Assembly: GCA_963666055.2 (NCBI GenBank)
Contig: CAXWPH010000002.1
Coordinates: 64,001-128,000 of the forward strand
Direction: 5' to 3'
Origin: Acidobacteriota bacterium
Lineage (GTDB): Bacteria > Acidobacteriota > UBA890 > WLXD01
Length of the DNA stretch: 64,000 nucleotides
The notes beneath the pieces are model-generated. The model saw nothing but the letters and a program-made list of their open reading frames with translations, was not told the origin of the DNA and did no database searches. This document shows positions 51,311 through 60,937 of this stretch, piece after piece (within the stretch, counting starts at the first letter, position 1; each line of letters opens with the position of its first letter). A program made the position numbers and the translations under genes.

Positions 51311-52471
51311 CTACCGCACGATTATTTTCACGATCTGGGTGCGCTCGAACACGATCGGGTTGACGTGGCCCGGCCAGGCTACGGCGCTGACGAAGACGTA
51401 GATCGTGTCGCCCGGCTTGGGAATGTGGCCCTTCAGCGGCGCGAAGAACCAGTGGGTGGCCATCGCCTGGAGGACCGTCACCCCGCCCGGGCCGGATCCC
51501 AGCGACTGGCAGACCAGGCCCGGTGTGAGCCACTCGATGATGCCGGCGTACCAGGTACCGCCGATGTTCGCGATGGCCCACATGTTGGCGTTGACGTTGA
51601 CGCCACCGCCGGGTTCGAAGGCCACCGGCCACGAGAACTTCTTGGTGTGGTCCATGCACCACTGGAAGGTTCCCTGCGTGGCGGAGGTCAGCGTGGAGGT
51701 GACGGGCCACGGGCCGACGTTCATCGGACCGTTCCATTTCACGATCTTCGTGTCGATGGCATCGACGCAGCCTCTGCAGCCGCCGCCACCGCCTCCAGGA
51801 ATCAGAATTACTCCGGCCTTCCCGAACGTGACGAAGAAGTAGTCTTCCGTGGCGGCCACCACCGTGTCATAGGGGTTTTCGCTCACCGGAATCGCGGCTC
51901 TGGAACCGTTCACGGATCGGGCGCGTATTGGGATGGCGACATAGTCGTCCTTCCGGAAGCCCTTCAACCCGGAAATCTCGATCCAGTAGAAGATGCGTTC
52001 GCCCGGTTCCAACTCCACGATATCGCCGTTGGCGCTGAAATCCGCCGTAACGTCGTCGCCCCGGAACATCTTCGATCGCTTGCGCGTCGCCGCGTAGATC
52101 GTTGCTTCGAACACCGCGGCCGCGCCGCGCTCCTCGACGGTCGTAACCTCGGCGGGGATGTCGATCTTCAGACGCACCGAGTCGGACTTGGTGCCGTCGT
52201 TGTCGATCGCTACGAGGTAGCGTTCGGTGACCTTCTTGCCGCCGTCGAGGATGATGTTCTGCGCTGGGACCTCGGCCCCGCCCTCGTAGAAGTTGTCGCC
52301 CTTGAACTCATCCAACCGTACGACGTCGTCTTTGATGAGCCTTTTTACCTCGGAGACTGCGATGTCGGGTTTGAACTTGGCGGGCTTGCGCGACGGGCCG
52401 GCGTCCACTGTCGTCGACGCCACCGTGATGACACACAGGCCGAGCAGGATCGGGCGGAGGAAACGCGACAT
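51311..52471 (-). CDS. Exported two-domain hypothetical protein
   Basis: 386 aa; signal peptide, PGGGGGG linker followed by CRGC, Trp-rich C-domain; strong codon bias; GGAG RBS. Confidence 0.75.
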   Translation of the reverse strand: MSRFLRPILLGLCVITVASTTVDAGPSRKPAKFKPDIAVSEVKRLIKDDVVRLDEFKGDNFYEGGAEVPAQNIILDGGKKVTERYLVAIDNDGTKSDSVRLKIDIPAEVTTVEERGAAAVFEATIYAATRKRSKMFRGDDVTADFSANGDIVELEPGERIFYWIEISGLKGFRKDDYVAIPIRARSVNGSRAAIPVSENPYDTVVAATEDYFFVTFGKAGVILIPGGGGGGCRGCVDAIDTKIVKWNGPMNVGPWPVTSTLTSATQGTFQWCMDHTKKFSWPVAFEPGGGVNVNANMWAIANIGGTWYAGIIEWLTPGLVCQSLGSGPGGVTVLQAMATHWFFAPLKGHIPKPGDTIYVFVSAVAWPGHVNPIVFERTQIVKIIVR

Positions 52472-52869
52472 GGGAGGAACTCCTGAGCAATGGCTGAAGT
52501 AGTCGCATCGGCGAGACTCACGCGCCCCTGCGCAGGCTCAACCAACGGCGTGTGGTTGTGAAATCCTGAGACAATCGTATCAAATCGACCGCCAGCAATG
52601 GCGATCGCCACCAATCGTTCGCCGTAGCGCGCGGCTCGGTCTTGGCGCCGTGCTGCATACTGTAAGTAGGGTGTTCCGTGTACGGTCGAGGTGCTGAGCA
52701 GCGGAATCCTACGTATCAGCGGGACTCGCACGACTTCGGTTAGGATGGTCGGTCGCCGATACGCGACCACGACGTGGAACGTTGCCGACCCCGCACGGTA
52801 CCGGGCCGGGTTCGCCCGGCGCACTGCAACCACGCTTCCAACACAGCCTAACAGCGGCACGACGCTGCG

Positions 52870-54585
52870 GTGAGCAGAGGGCTTGTGCACTCACGTTTCA
52901 CAAGAAATCCCGACAACACCATCACCGCCGAGGTGGTGAAGCGCGGCCGCGATGTGCTGCGTGATCCGCTGATTAACAAAGGCTCGGCATTTACGCCACG
53001 CGAACGGGCCGAGCTTCGTCTCGAAGGCCTGCTCCCGCCCGGGCTGGTCAGTATCGATCAGCAACTGGCGCGCGAGGTCGAATCGCTGAAGCACACCGAG
53101 CATCCGCTCGGCAAGTACATCGAGCTCGCCGACCTTCAGGATCGGAACGAGACCTTGTTCTACAGGCTCCTGGTTGACCGGCTCGAGGAGCTGATGCCGA
53201 TCGTTTACACGCCGACCGTCGGGTCGGCCTGCAGCAACTTCAGCCACATCTTCCGTCGTGGCCGTGGGCGGTGGATTACCCCAGAGCACCGTGGCCGCAT
53301 CGTCGACGTGCTTCGTCAGATCAAGGCTGATATCCGGCTGATCGTGGTGACCGACAACGAGCGAATTCTGGGACTTGGCGACCTCGGCGCCGGTGGCATG
53401 GGAATACCGACCGGCAAGCTTGCCCTCTACACTGCCGCGGCAGGGCTGCACCCCACGTTGACGTTGCCCGTGAGCCTCGACGTAGGCACCGACAACGCGT
53501 CGCTGCTCGACGATCCCAAGTACCTCGGTTGGCGCCACACACGGCTGCGGGGCCAGCTGTACGATGAGCTCGTCGACGAGTTCGTGCTGGCGGTTCGCGA
53601 GTGCTACCCGAACGCCATCCTGCAGTGGGAAGACTTCAAGAAAGCCAACGCGTTCGACCTGTTGCACCGCTACCGCGAGGTGTTGCCGTCGTTTAACGAC
53701 GATATCCAGGGAACGGCGGCGATCGCGCTCGCCGGCATTCTGGCGGCATGTCGCGCCACTGGCACGCCGATGCGGGAGCAACGCGTCGCTATTCTGGGGG
53801 CGGGCGCCGCCGGTGTCGGGATCGCCGGTCTATTGCGTGACGCCTTCGCGCGTGAGGGACTCGAGGGCGACGAGCTGATTAGCCGAGTCGCCGTACTCGA
53901 CAGCGGCGGTCTGCTGGTGAGCTCGCGCCACGGGCTCGACGAGCACAAGCGAGCGTTCGCGTGGCCGGCGCAGCTCACCGCCAAGATCGGGTTGGCAGGC
54001 GACTCACCGCCAGGGCTGGAGCGTGTTGTCGAGCTCTACAAGCCGACGGTGTTGATCGGCACGACCGGTCAGCCAGGTGCGTTTTCTAAGCCGATGATTC
54101 GCAAGATGGCCGCCAACGTCGAGCGCCCGGCGATCTTCCCGTTCTCGAATCCCACCAACAAGAGCGAGGCGACTCCCGAGGACATCTTTGGCTGGACCGA
54201 AGGTCGGGCGCTGGTGGCGACCGGCAGTCCGTTTCCGCCCGTTCAGCTCGAGGATCGTCTCGCCAAAGTGTCGCAGGGCAACAACGTCTATATCTTCCCG
54301 GGAGTCGGCCTGGGGGCGCTGGCCGTCGGCGCGCGCCAGATCACCGATTCCATGTTTACTGCCGCCGCCACCTCGCTGGCCGCACAGGTAACCGCGGCCG
54401 ACCTCGCGGCAGGGGCCCTGTACCCGCCGGTGCCCCAGTTACGGCAGGTCACCCGCAAGATCGCCGAGGCGGTAGCACAAACGGCGGTTGATGACGGGGC
54501 TGCCGACGATCCTGAAGGGGGAATCTTGGCCGCCGTGGAGTCGTGGATCTGGGATCCCGTCTACCCGACGATCAAGGCGATCTAA
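52870..54585 (+). CDS. maeA: NAD-dependent malic enzyme
   Basis: NKGSAF, PIVYTPTVG, ERILGLGDLG, QWEDF, FNDDIQGT and SNPT motifs. Alternative start at 52885. Confidence 0.95.
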   Translation: MSRGLVHSRFTRNPDNTITAEVVKRGRDVLRDPLINKGSAFTPRERAELRLEGLLPPGLVSIDQQLAREVESLKHTEHPLGKYIELADLQDRNETLFYRLLVDRLEELMPIVYTPTVGSACSNFSHIFRRGRGRWITPEHRGRIVDVLRQIKADIRLIVVTDNERILGLGDLGAGGMGIPTGKLALYTAAAGLHPTLTLPVSLDVGTDNASLLDDPKYLGWRHTRLRGQLYDELVDEFVLAVRECYPNAILQWEDFKKANAFDLLHRYREVLPSFNDDIQGTAAIALAGILAACRATGTPMREQRVAILGAGAAGVGIAGLLRDAFAREGLEGDELISRVAVLDSGGLLVSSRHGLDEHKRAFAWPAQLTAKIGLAGDSPPGLERVVELYKPTVLIGTTGQPGAFSKPMIRKMAANVERPAIFPFSNPTNKSEATPEDIFGWTEGRALVATGSPFPPVQLEDRLAKVSQGNNVYIFPGVGLGALAVGARQITDSMFTAAATSLAAQVTAADLAAGALYPPVPQLRQVTRKIAEAVAQTAVDDGAADDPEGGILAAVESWIWDPVYPTIKAI

Positions 54586-54630
54586 CAGGGTGCCGAAAGC
54601 CGCGTTTCGCGGGCCCTCTGTTGCCTGGTG

Positions 54631-55614
54631 CTAGGGCGCGCCGGAAGTCGGCGTGAGGCCGTTGACCTGCCCGTCTAGATCCCAGCCGGGATCGACCTCG
54701 ATGCCCAGATGTGCCAGCGCGGTGGGCACGATATCGACGATATGGGGTGTGGCGGTCAGCGCCGCCGGATCGGCAGACGGACCGCTGACCAGATAGTAGA
54801 TGGTCCGCTCTTCGATCGAGTCATCGCCGTGGCCGCCCTCGTCAGTGCGCCCGTGATCGGTGCTCGAGAGGATCAGCCAGTCCTCCTGAGCGTAGGTGGG
54901 GCGCGCCTGCACCGCAGCCACTAGCTCGCCCACTCGCTGATCGGCTAGCTCGATGGCGGCGCGGTACTCCGCCGACAACGAACTCGTCTCGTGCGCCACA
55001 CTGTCGGTATTGGTCATGTACACGAAGGTGGCATCCGGATCACCGACACGTAGGTAATGAGTGGCGATCGATACAACCTCGGCGTCGGCGGCCGCATAGC
55101 CGACAGCGTCACCGTTGATGTTCACCAGCACGTCTACGATCCGGCTGATCATCGGGCCACCGTCGGCCGTCGTTCCCATTGCCGGCCAGTGGATCACCGC
55201 GTAGGTGTTGAGCTCCGGACGCACTTGCTCGATGCGAGTCAGGAAGTCGGGATACTCCGCGTAGTGGTTGCCGGTGAAGTCGTTGCTCTCGACGCCGTGT
55301 TTCTCCATCCACACGCCGGTCAACATGCTCGACCAACCGGGGCCGCTGACGGTAATCGGCCTGGTGCGAGCATCGGCAGAGAAGGCCCCCGTGGCGATCA
55401 ACGCATCGAGGTTGGGTGTATTCGCCTGCTCGAGGATGTCGACACGGATGCCATCAATGCCGATCAGCAAGACCTTCTTGCGTGCCTCTGTGGGCGCCGC
55501 GAGCGCGGGCGCTTCAGTGGCGCTCCTGCCGGCGCCATCTTGCGAGGCGCTGGATGGCAAGGTGGTCACTGAAAGAGCGACGAGCAGCGGTGCGAGGGCG
55601 GCGCGGGTTAGCAT
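54631..55614 (-). CDS. Alkaline phosphatase superfamily (nucleotide pyrophosphatase-like) exported protein
   Basis: LIGIDG, TPNLD, TVSGPGWSSMLTG and TDHG motifs. Confidence 0.88.
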   Translation of the reverse strand: MLTRAALAPLLVALSVTTLPSSASQDGAGRSATEAPALAAPTEARKKVLLIGIDGIRVDILEQANTPNLDALIATGAFSADARTRPITVSGPGWSSMLTGVWMEKHGVESNDFTGNHYAEYPDFLTRIEQVRPELNTYAVIHWPAMGTTADGGPMISRIVDVLVNINGDAVGYAAADAEVVSIATHYLRVGDPDATFVYMTNTDSVAHETSSLSAEYRAAIELADQRVGELVAAVQARPTYAQEDWLILSSTDHGRTDEGGHGDDSIEERTIYYLVSGPSADPAALTATPHIVDIVPTALAHLGIEVDPGWDLDGQVNGLTPTSGAP

Positions 55615-55728
55615 CGAACACTCCTGAGCTTTGCGGTTCCGGGGAGCCCATCCTAGTGGATACGCGGTGCGATATGATCGCCCGCACCGGCCCCGGCGCC
55701 GGATTTGGCGAACCGATCGAGGAGAGAC

Positions 55729-56832
55729 GTGAGCGATCGCATAGGCGCCCTGCAGCAGGCGATTGGTGCCGCCGGTGCCGATCTGGTGGTGCTCAATCCC
55801 GGGGCGAGCATGACCTACTTCACCGGTCATTCGTTCGACTCATATGAGCGACTGTTCTTGCTCTTCGTGCCCGCCGACGGTGAGCCCGGCGCCATCGTGC
55901 CGTTGCTCGAGGAGAACAACTGGGCCAGCTCAGTGCCGGGTGTGAGCCAGGTGTGGCTGTGGGACGACAAGGACGGGCCGCAAGAGGCCGCCGCGGCGGC
56001 TTGTGCGCATTTCTCGGACGCTAGAACAGTGGCCATCGAGCCTCTGGGCTTGCGCTACATGGAAGTGACGGTGCTGCAGCGGCACCTGCCGACGATAGAG
56101 CTGGTCTCGGCCGACGCGGCCATCAACTCGTTGCGGCAGTTCAAGGACGCGCACGAGGCGGCGAGTATTCGCACCGCCGCGGAGATTTGCGAGGCTGCGT
56201 TGGAGGAAACGATTCACCAAGTACGCGTTGGCATGACCGAGAAACAGGTGGCCGCCGAGCTCATCGGTCGAATGTTCGGGAAGGGCGGCGAGGGCATCTC
56301 GTTCGGCCCGATTGTGCTGGGCGGCCCCAAGAGCGCGCTGCCGCACGGCGTACCCGATGAGCGGCCATTGGAGGCGGGGGACTTCCTGTTGATCGACTTC
56401 GGAACGAGCCATGACGGCTACCATAGCGACATCACGCGAACTTTCGTTGTGGGCGCCGAACCGAATGATCGCCAGCTCGCCGTCTACGATGCCGTGCGCA
56501 CCGGCAACGCTGCGGGGTGCGCCTGCGCCACCGCCGGAGCAACCGCGCACGATGTCCACATGGCGGCGGCCGCTCCGCTGCAAGCGCCTGAATTCGACGA
56601 CTACTTCAAACACCGTACCGGCCACGGCTTGGGCGTTGACATTCACGAGCCTCCGTCGGTAATGGAAGGCAACCACGATCCGCTCGGAGCCGGAACGGTG
56701 ATCACCATCGAGCCGGGTCTGTACATGGAAGGCTGGGGAGGAGTTCGCATCGAGGACGACATCTGGGTCACCGACGACGGGCCGGTGAGCCTGACCTCAT
56801 TCCCACGTGAGCTTCGTACCATCGGTACATGA
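55729..56832 (+). CDS. M24B Xaa-Pro peptidase
   Basis: ALPHG, IDFG, YHSDITRT, HRTGHGLG..IHE, TIEPG and GVRIEDD motifs. Confidence 0.93.
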   Translation: MSDRIGALQQAIGAAGADLVVLNPGASMTYFTGHSFDSYERLFLLFVPADGEPGAIVPLLEENNWASSVPGVSQVWLWDDKDGPQEAAAAACAHFSDARTVAIEPLGLRYMEVTVLQRHLPTIELVSADAAINSLRQFKDAHEAASIRTAAEICEAALEETIHQVRVGMTEKQVAAELIGRMFGKGGEGISFGPIVLGGPKSALPHGVPDERPLEAGDFLLIDFGTSHDGYHSDITRTFVVGAEPNDRQLAVYDAVRTGNAAGCACATAGATAHDVHMAAAAPLQAPEFDDYFKHRTGHGLGVDIHEPPSVMEGNHDPLGAGTVITIEPGLYMEGWGGVRIEDDIWVTDDGPVSLTSFPRELRTIGT

Positions 56833-57206
56833 CGCCGTTTCTGAACGTCCTCGTACAGTTCCTGGGGATCATCATCGCCATGATCGGCATCCTGGCGATA
56901 CGCTCGCCGCAGCTCGTGACCGGGGCGATCCATCACGTTGAGGAAGCTGGGTGGCTGCGCACTGTGGTTGTCACAAAGCTCGTGGCAGGGATTGTCTTGT
57001 TGGTTGCTGCGAGCGGTACCCGCTTGCCCACGTTGGCGCGGGTGCTCGGTGCCGGCATGGCGATCGGTACCGGCTGGGTGTTGCTCGACGCGTCGAGCCT
57101 CGCGTCGCTGGCGCAGTTGAGCCAGCGGCAAGGGACTCTGGCAACGCGCCTCTACGGATCGCTGGCGATGTTCGCGGGCTCGTTCCTGGTCTACGCCTCG
57201 CGATAG
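56829..57206 (+). CDS. Small membrane protein
   Basis: 125 aa, about 4 TM segments, ATGA overlap with the peptidase. Confidence 0.7.
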   Translation: MTPFLNVLVQFLGIIIAMIGILAIRSPQLVTGAIHHVEEAGWLRTVVVTKLVAGIVLLVAASGTRLPTLARVLGAGMAIGTGWVLLDASSLASLAQLSQRQGTLATRLYGSLAMFAGSFLVYASR

Positions 57207-57229
57207 CTAGAGTCTCCTGCTACAGGCGA

Positions 57230-58531
57230 TTAGTCGCAGGTCACCGCGGGCCGGCCGCGTTCGAGCTCGGCGCAGAAGGGAACTCCCGAGCGGCCGGTCT
57301 CCCGATCCACTGCTACGACGCGCAGCCGCGCCCGGCCCGGTCCGATGCCAGCGCCAATACCATCCACCACCATGAACCCGTGGTCGGGGCTCTTGAAGAG
57401 TGTGTTGTCGCGGCGCGCCGTGGGGTTGGACTTGGAAGCGCTGCCGCTGACCACATAGGTTGTTGGCCGATCGCCTTTGTCAGTGAACACCTGCAGATCG
57501 TGTTCGTGACCCGCTGCGTATAGCAGCGGTGGAAATTCGGCGAACGCTGCCTGCAGGCTGTCCACCATCGCCTTGTTAGCGCCGCCCGAGAGGTCTTGAC
57601 CGCTGTTCGCCCCGCCGATCTTGCGCAGCGCGACGCCTAGCACCGGGATAGGAATCCATGCCCACTTCTTCAACATGCGCGTCGAGAAAATCCATTCGTC
57701 AGCGGGGAAGAAGCCGCCATGTGACCCGGCCGTGTAGATCGGATGGTGGCCGGCGACAATAGTCAGCAGATCGTGCTCGGCTGCTTCCTCCAGTCCCGTG
57801 ACCAGCCGCTCGTACACCTGCCCAGGTTCGGCGACGCTGCCTTCATACGCCGTGCCAGCATCGAGCGGGCCCCAAGAGCATCCCTCCCAGCCCTGCACAT
57901 GCTCGGTGGTCAGCAACCATTCAGTGTCGAGAAACACCAGGCGCACTCCAGGTATCCGCGAGCCACTGTCGATCGTCAGGTCAACCCAGACTGGCCCTGG
58001 ACATCCGCCGCTCGGGGCCTGCAGCGAAGCGACTCCCGTGGCGATGAAGCGGTCGGCAGCGCGTATCCGCGCCAGGCCGCGCCTGCCCGAATGGTCCCAG
58101 TCGTGGTTCCCGGGGACAAAAAAGGCACGCGCGCCGTTGGACGCGACTTGCATCTGTGCCCTCAAGACGCGCTCGCCCCGTCGGCGCTCGGCGGCGGACT
58201 TGGGGTCGGTCTCGTCCTCGGCCGGTAGCCCGTTTGTGTACACGTTGTCCCCTAACCAGACAATCGTGGTGCGTTCAGGTGACGCCACCACGTAGGCGCT
58301 CGCCGCGGCGATCACGTTGGCTAGTGCGGGGGTGTCGGCGCCGCCGTCGCCAAGCAGCAGCAGCCGCCAATTGGGCTCCTCGAGCTCGGTGACGGTGTCG
58401 AAGCCGCCGCGAACGTAGAGCGAGTTGCCGCAGGCCGCGGTCGCCAGAGCGGTGACCGTGATGAGCAGCCGGCGGTACCGCTGGCGACGCGGTCGCGGTC
58501 GTCGTGGTGGGAGCTCGGTCGGCGTCAACAT
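57230..58531 (-). CDS. Calcineurin-like metallophosphoesterase, probable lipoprotein
   Basis: LGDGG, LGDNVY, PGNHDW, GHHP and GHEH motifs; ATAAC lipobox-like. Confidence 0.88.
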   Translation of the reverse strand: MLTPTELPPRRPRPRRQRYRRLLITVTALATAACGNSLYVRGGFDTVTELEEPNWRLLLLGDGGADTPALANVIAAASAYVVASPERTTIVWLGDNVYTNGLPAEDETDPKSAAERRRGERVLRAQMQVASNGARAFFVPGNHDWDHSGRRGLARIRAADRFIATGVASLQAPSGGCPGPVWVDLTIDSGSRIPGVRLVFLDTEWLLTTEHVQGWEGCSWGPLDAGTAYEGSVAEPGQVYERLVTGLEEAAEHDLLTIVAGHHPIYTAGSHGGFFPADEWIFSTRMLKKWAWIPIPVLGVALRKIGGANSGQDLSGGANKAMVDSLQAAFAEFPPLLYAAGHEHDLQVFTDKGDRPTTYVVSGSASKSNPTARRDNTLFKSPDHGFMVVDGIGAGIGPGRARLRVVAVDRETGRSGVPFCAELERGRPAVTCD

Positions 58532-58559
58532 GTCAGGCTCCGGCTTGGTGCTCGGATTC

Positions 58560-59597
58560 TCAGCCCAGGTGAAACCCCGCGGCCGCCGGTCGAACCTCCA
58601 GCGGGCTGCCGGGCAGCTCGCCGAACGTATCGCTGGTGTTGTATTCGGCCGGCGCAACGTCGTTGGGGGCGTCCGGATGAAACAGGGCGGCGAGGTACTG
58701 GATCTGATGACGACCAATCCCCAGCTCGAACTGTCCTCCACCGTAGATATTTATGCCACGGTGGCGGCAGAAATCGTAGGCGTCGAACAACCGCTGGAGG
58801 GTTCCGAAGCGCGAGGGTTTGAAGTTGATCATGCGTGGCTGATGACGCAGCGATCGGATGTCGTCGACTGAGTGAATCGGAGCGTCCCAGGTCACCCGAT
58901 CACGGTGTGGCGCGAGCAGCGCGTCAATCTCGGGCTCATCGTGTGGATCCTCGATCAGCACGTCGGCCGGTAGCCCGTCCAGCACACGGCGGTAGAGCGC
59001 GGCATCGGCCGCCTGGTCGACGGGCGTTCCATGGTAGGCGCCCTTGAAATCAACCACGCGCACCGCGCCAGTAGTCGCCAACTCGTCGATGAGCTCATCG
59101 GTCCAGGCTTCGGTGGCGTCGAGTTTCAGCTCGAGGCCGGGTTGAGCGGCGAGCAGCTCGCGAAGGCGCGGCATCTTGTCGGGCGTGTCCAAATGCAACG
59201 AGGATACGAACCTCAGCGGTCCTGGGCTGAGCTCGAGACGTCGCGCCAGGCTGACGTCCGCCTGACGCAGCGCCAGGTCGAGCGCGGCGCTCTCGAACGC
59301 CCAGCGCCGGTAATCCTCGCTGCCCGGATAGACGGGCGTTGCTGGGAAGACGGGCAAGGTCTCGAGTAGATCGGACAGCTCACCCAGTGTGCGTCGCCCG
59401 CCCAGCGGAAGCGTCAGCCCGGCTTCCTGGAACGCCAGCTGCTCGCCAGGCTCGTAGTTTGGATCCTCCCCGAGACCCTCGTGTCCGCCGCCGCGCAGGC
59501 GCACCACGCTCGTCAGACGCCAGTCGCTGGTGTGGCCGGAAATCTCGTAGCCCTCGATGTCGATTTTCAGCCCGCTGACTCGTCTCCAGGTGTCCAT
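58560..59597 (-). CDS. Enolase superfamily-like protein
   Basis: GLGED, ESAALDLAL, KLD, IEDP, NFKPSRFG and YGGGQFE motifs. Confidence 0.75.
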   Translation of the reverse strand: MDTWRRVSGLKIDIEGYEISGHTSDWRLTSVVRLRGGGHEGLGEDPNYEPGEQLAFQEAGLTLPLGGRRTLGELSDLLETLPVFPATPVYPGSEDYRRWAFESAALDLALRQADVSLARRLELSPGPLRFVSSLHLDTPDKMPRLRELLAAQPGLELKLDATEAWTDELIDELATTGAVRVVDFKGAYHGTPVDQAADAALYRRVLDGLPADVLIEDPHDEPEIDALLAPHRDRVTWDAPIHSVDDIRSLRHQPRMINFKPSRFGTLQRLFDAYDFCRHRGINIYGGGQFELGIGRHQIQYLAALFHPDAPNDVAPAEYNTSDTFGELPGSPLEVRPAAAGFHLG

Positions 59598-59689
59598 TCT
59601 GGCATCGTAGTCGATGTCGATCGCGCCCGGGCGCGATAGGATTCCGCTGCCTTCTGACGCTGAGATCGACGGCAACCCCCAGGAGCCTG

Positions 59690-60148
59690 ATGGTGACCGA
59701 CATGCGTACGCTGTTCCGTAGGGAGCGGACGTTTATCGGTCTGGTCGGGGCAGTGGCGGTGCTGCGATTCCTGTTGCCGCCCGGCAGGTGGCCGGGCGCG
59801 CTCGAGACCTGGCTCGCTATCCTTGGCCTGTGGCTGCTTGGCTGGGTGCTCGTGGCGACACGTTCTGCGCCTGCGGCCCCCGGTGAGTTCAGCGGCCCGA
59901 TAGGTGTCCAGAACCTGGCGATCCAGGCGCTGATCGTGGTACCCGGGATTCTGGTGGGCACAGGTCGAAACTTGGCTTCGATCGAGGTCGCTCCCCCAGC
60001 ATCCTACCCCGCCAACGCGCTGACGACGCTGATCGTCTTGCCTCTCGCAAGCTTGGCCGTGCTCACGTTTGCGGCGCTGCCGCTGGCGATCGCGCTACGC
60101 GCGCTAGTGCAGCGATGGCGCCGCCAGGCGTCGGGGGCCACCGTCTGA
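59690..60148 (+). CDS. Hypothetical membrane protein
   Basis: 152 aa, about 4 hydrophobic segments; AGGAG RBS. Confidence 0.65.
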   Translation: MVTDMRTLFRRERTFIGLVGAVAVLRFLLPPGRWPGALETWLAILGLWLLGWVLVATRSAPAAPGEFSGPIGVQNLAIQALIVVPGILVGTGRNLASIEVAPPASYPANALTTLIVLPLASLAVLTFAALPLAIALRALVQRWRRQASGATV

Positions 60149-60164
60149 CATCATTGGCGAGATA

Positions 60165-60935
60165 ATGAAAGCTCGACGCGCGACCATGATGTGGGGGCTC
60201 CCCCTGTCGCTCTTGCTGGCGGGCTGCGGAGAATCGGCCGAACAGCCGGGCGTCGACCCGGTCGCCGCTCTGGCCGCCGATGTTGAGGCCGGTCGACGAA
60301 TTTACGACGACAACGGCTGTGCCAACTGCCACGGCTCGGATGGCAGCGGTCGGGGCCCCAATGCCGCATACATGAACCCGCCGCCGCGCGATTACCGCGA
60401 TCCGAGGGCGTACAAGGCAGGCATCACCGTGGATGCCGTGGCTCGATCGATCGCGACGGGCTTCAGCGAGGGTGGCGCGGCGATGCCAGCTTTCTCACAC
60501 TTGACCGCGGAGCAGCTTCGACAGCTGGCCAGCCTCGTCGTTTCGCTGCAGCGGCCCGAAGCCGAGAGCGTCCGGATCGAGGACGCGTGGGTGGCCGAAA
60601 CACTGCCTGAGACTGATGTGACCGCCGCGTACATGACGTTGTTGCACGACGCGTCGGAGCCGGATGTCCTCGTTGAGGTCGAGGCCAAGGGGGCGCGTGC
60701 GCGAGTGCATGCCACGCGCGCTCAGGACGGTATGACCAGGATGGAACCAGTGGAGCGGGTGGAGCTCGATGCCGGTGGCATCGTCGAGCTTGCCCCCGGC
60801 GGGCTGCATCTGATGCTGAGCGGCCTGAGGTCGCCGCTGGTTGCCGGCGACGTGGTCGAGATGACGCTCTTTTTCGAGAGTCATACGGCACGGCGGCTGA
60901 GCGTGCCGGTACGCCGGCGTGGTGCAAAGAACTGA
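60165..60935 (+). CDS. Lipoprotein: cytochrome c fused to copper chaperone PCu(A)C
   Basis: LLAGC lipobox; CANCH...MPAF; then DAWV, TAAYM and H-x10-M...PGGLHLML. Confidence 0.85.
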   Translation: MKARRATMMWGLPLSLLLAGCGESAEQPGVDPVAALAADVEAGRRIYDDNGCANCHGSDGSGRGPNAAYMNPPPRDYRDPRAYKAGITVDAVARSIATGFSEGGAAMPAFSHLTAEQLRQLASLVVSLQRPEAESVRIEDAWVAETLPETDVTAAYMTLLHDASEPDVLVEVEAKGARARVHATRAQDGMTRMEPVERVELDAGGIVELAPGGLHLMLSGLRSPLVAGDVVEMTLFFESHTARRLSVPVRRRGAKN

Positions 60936-60937
60936 GT

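Noticed and set aside
52472-52869. ncRNA or small gene in the 400-nt divergent gap
   Set aside because: No recognisable motif, convincing structure or credible ORF.
54586-54630. Hairpin between convergent genes as an intrinsic terminator
   Set aside because: A GC stem (CCGCG/CGCGG) is present, but there is no U-tract on either strand.
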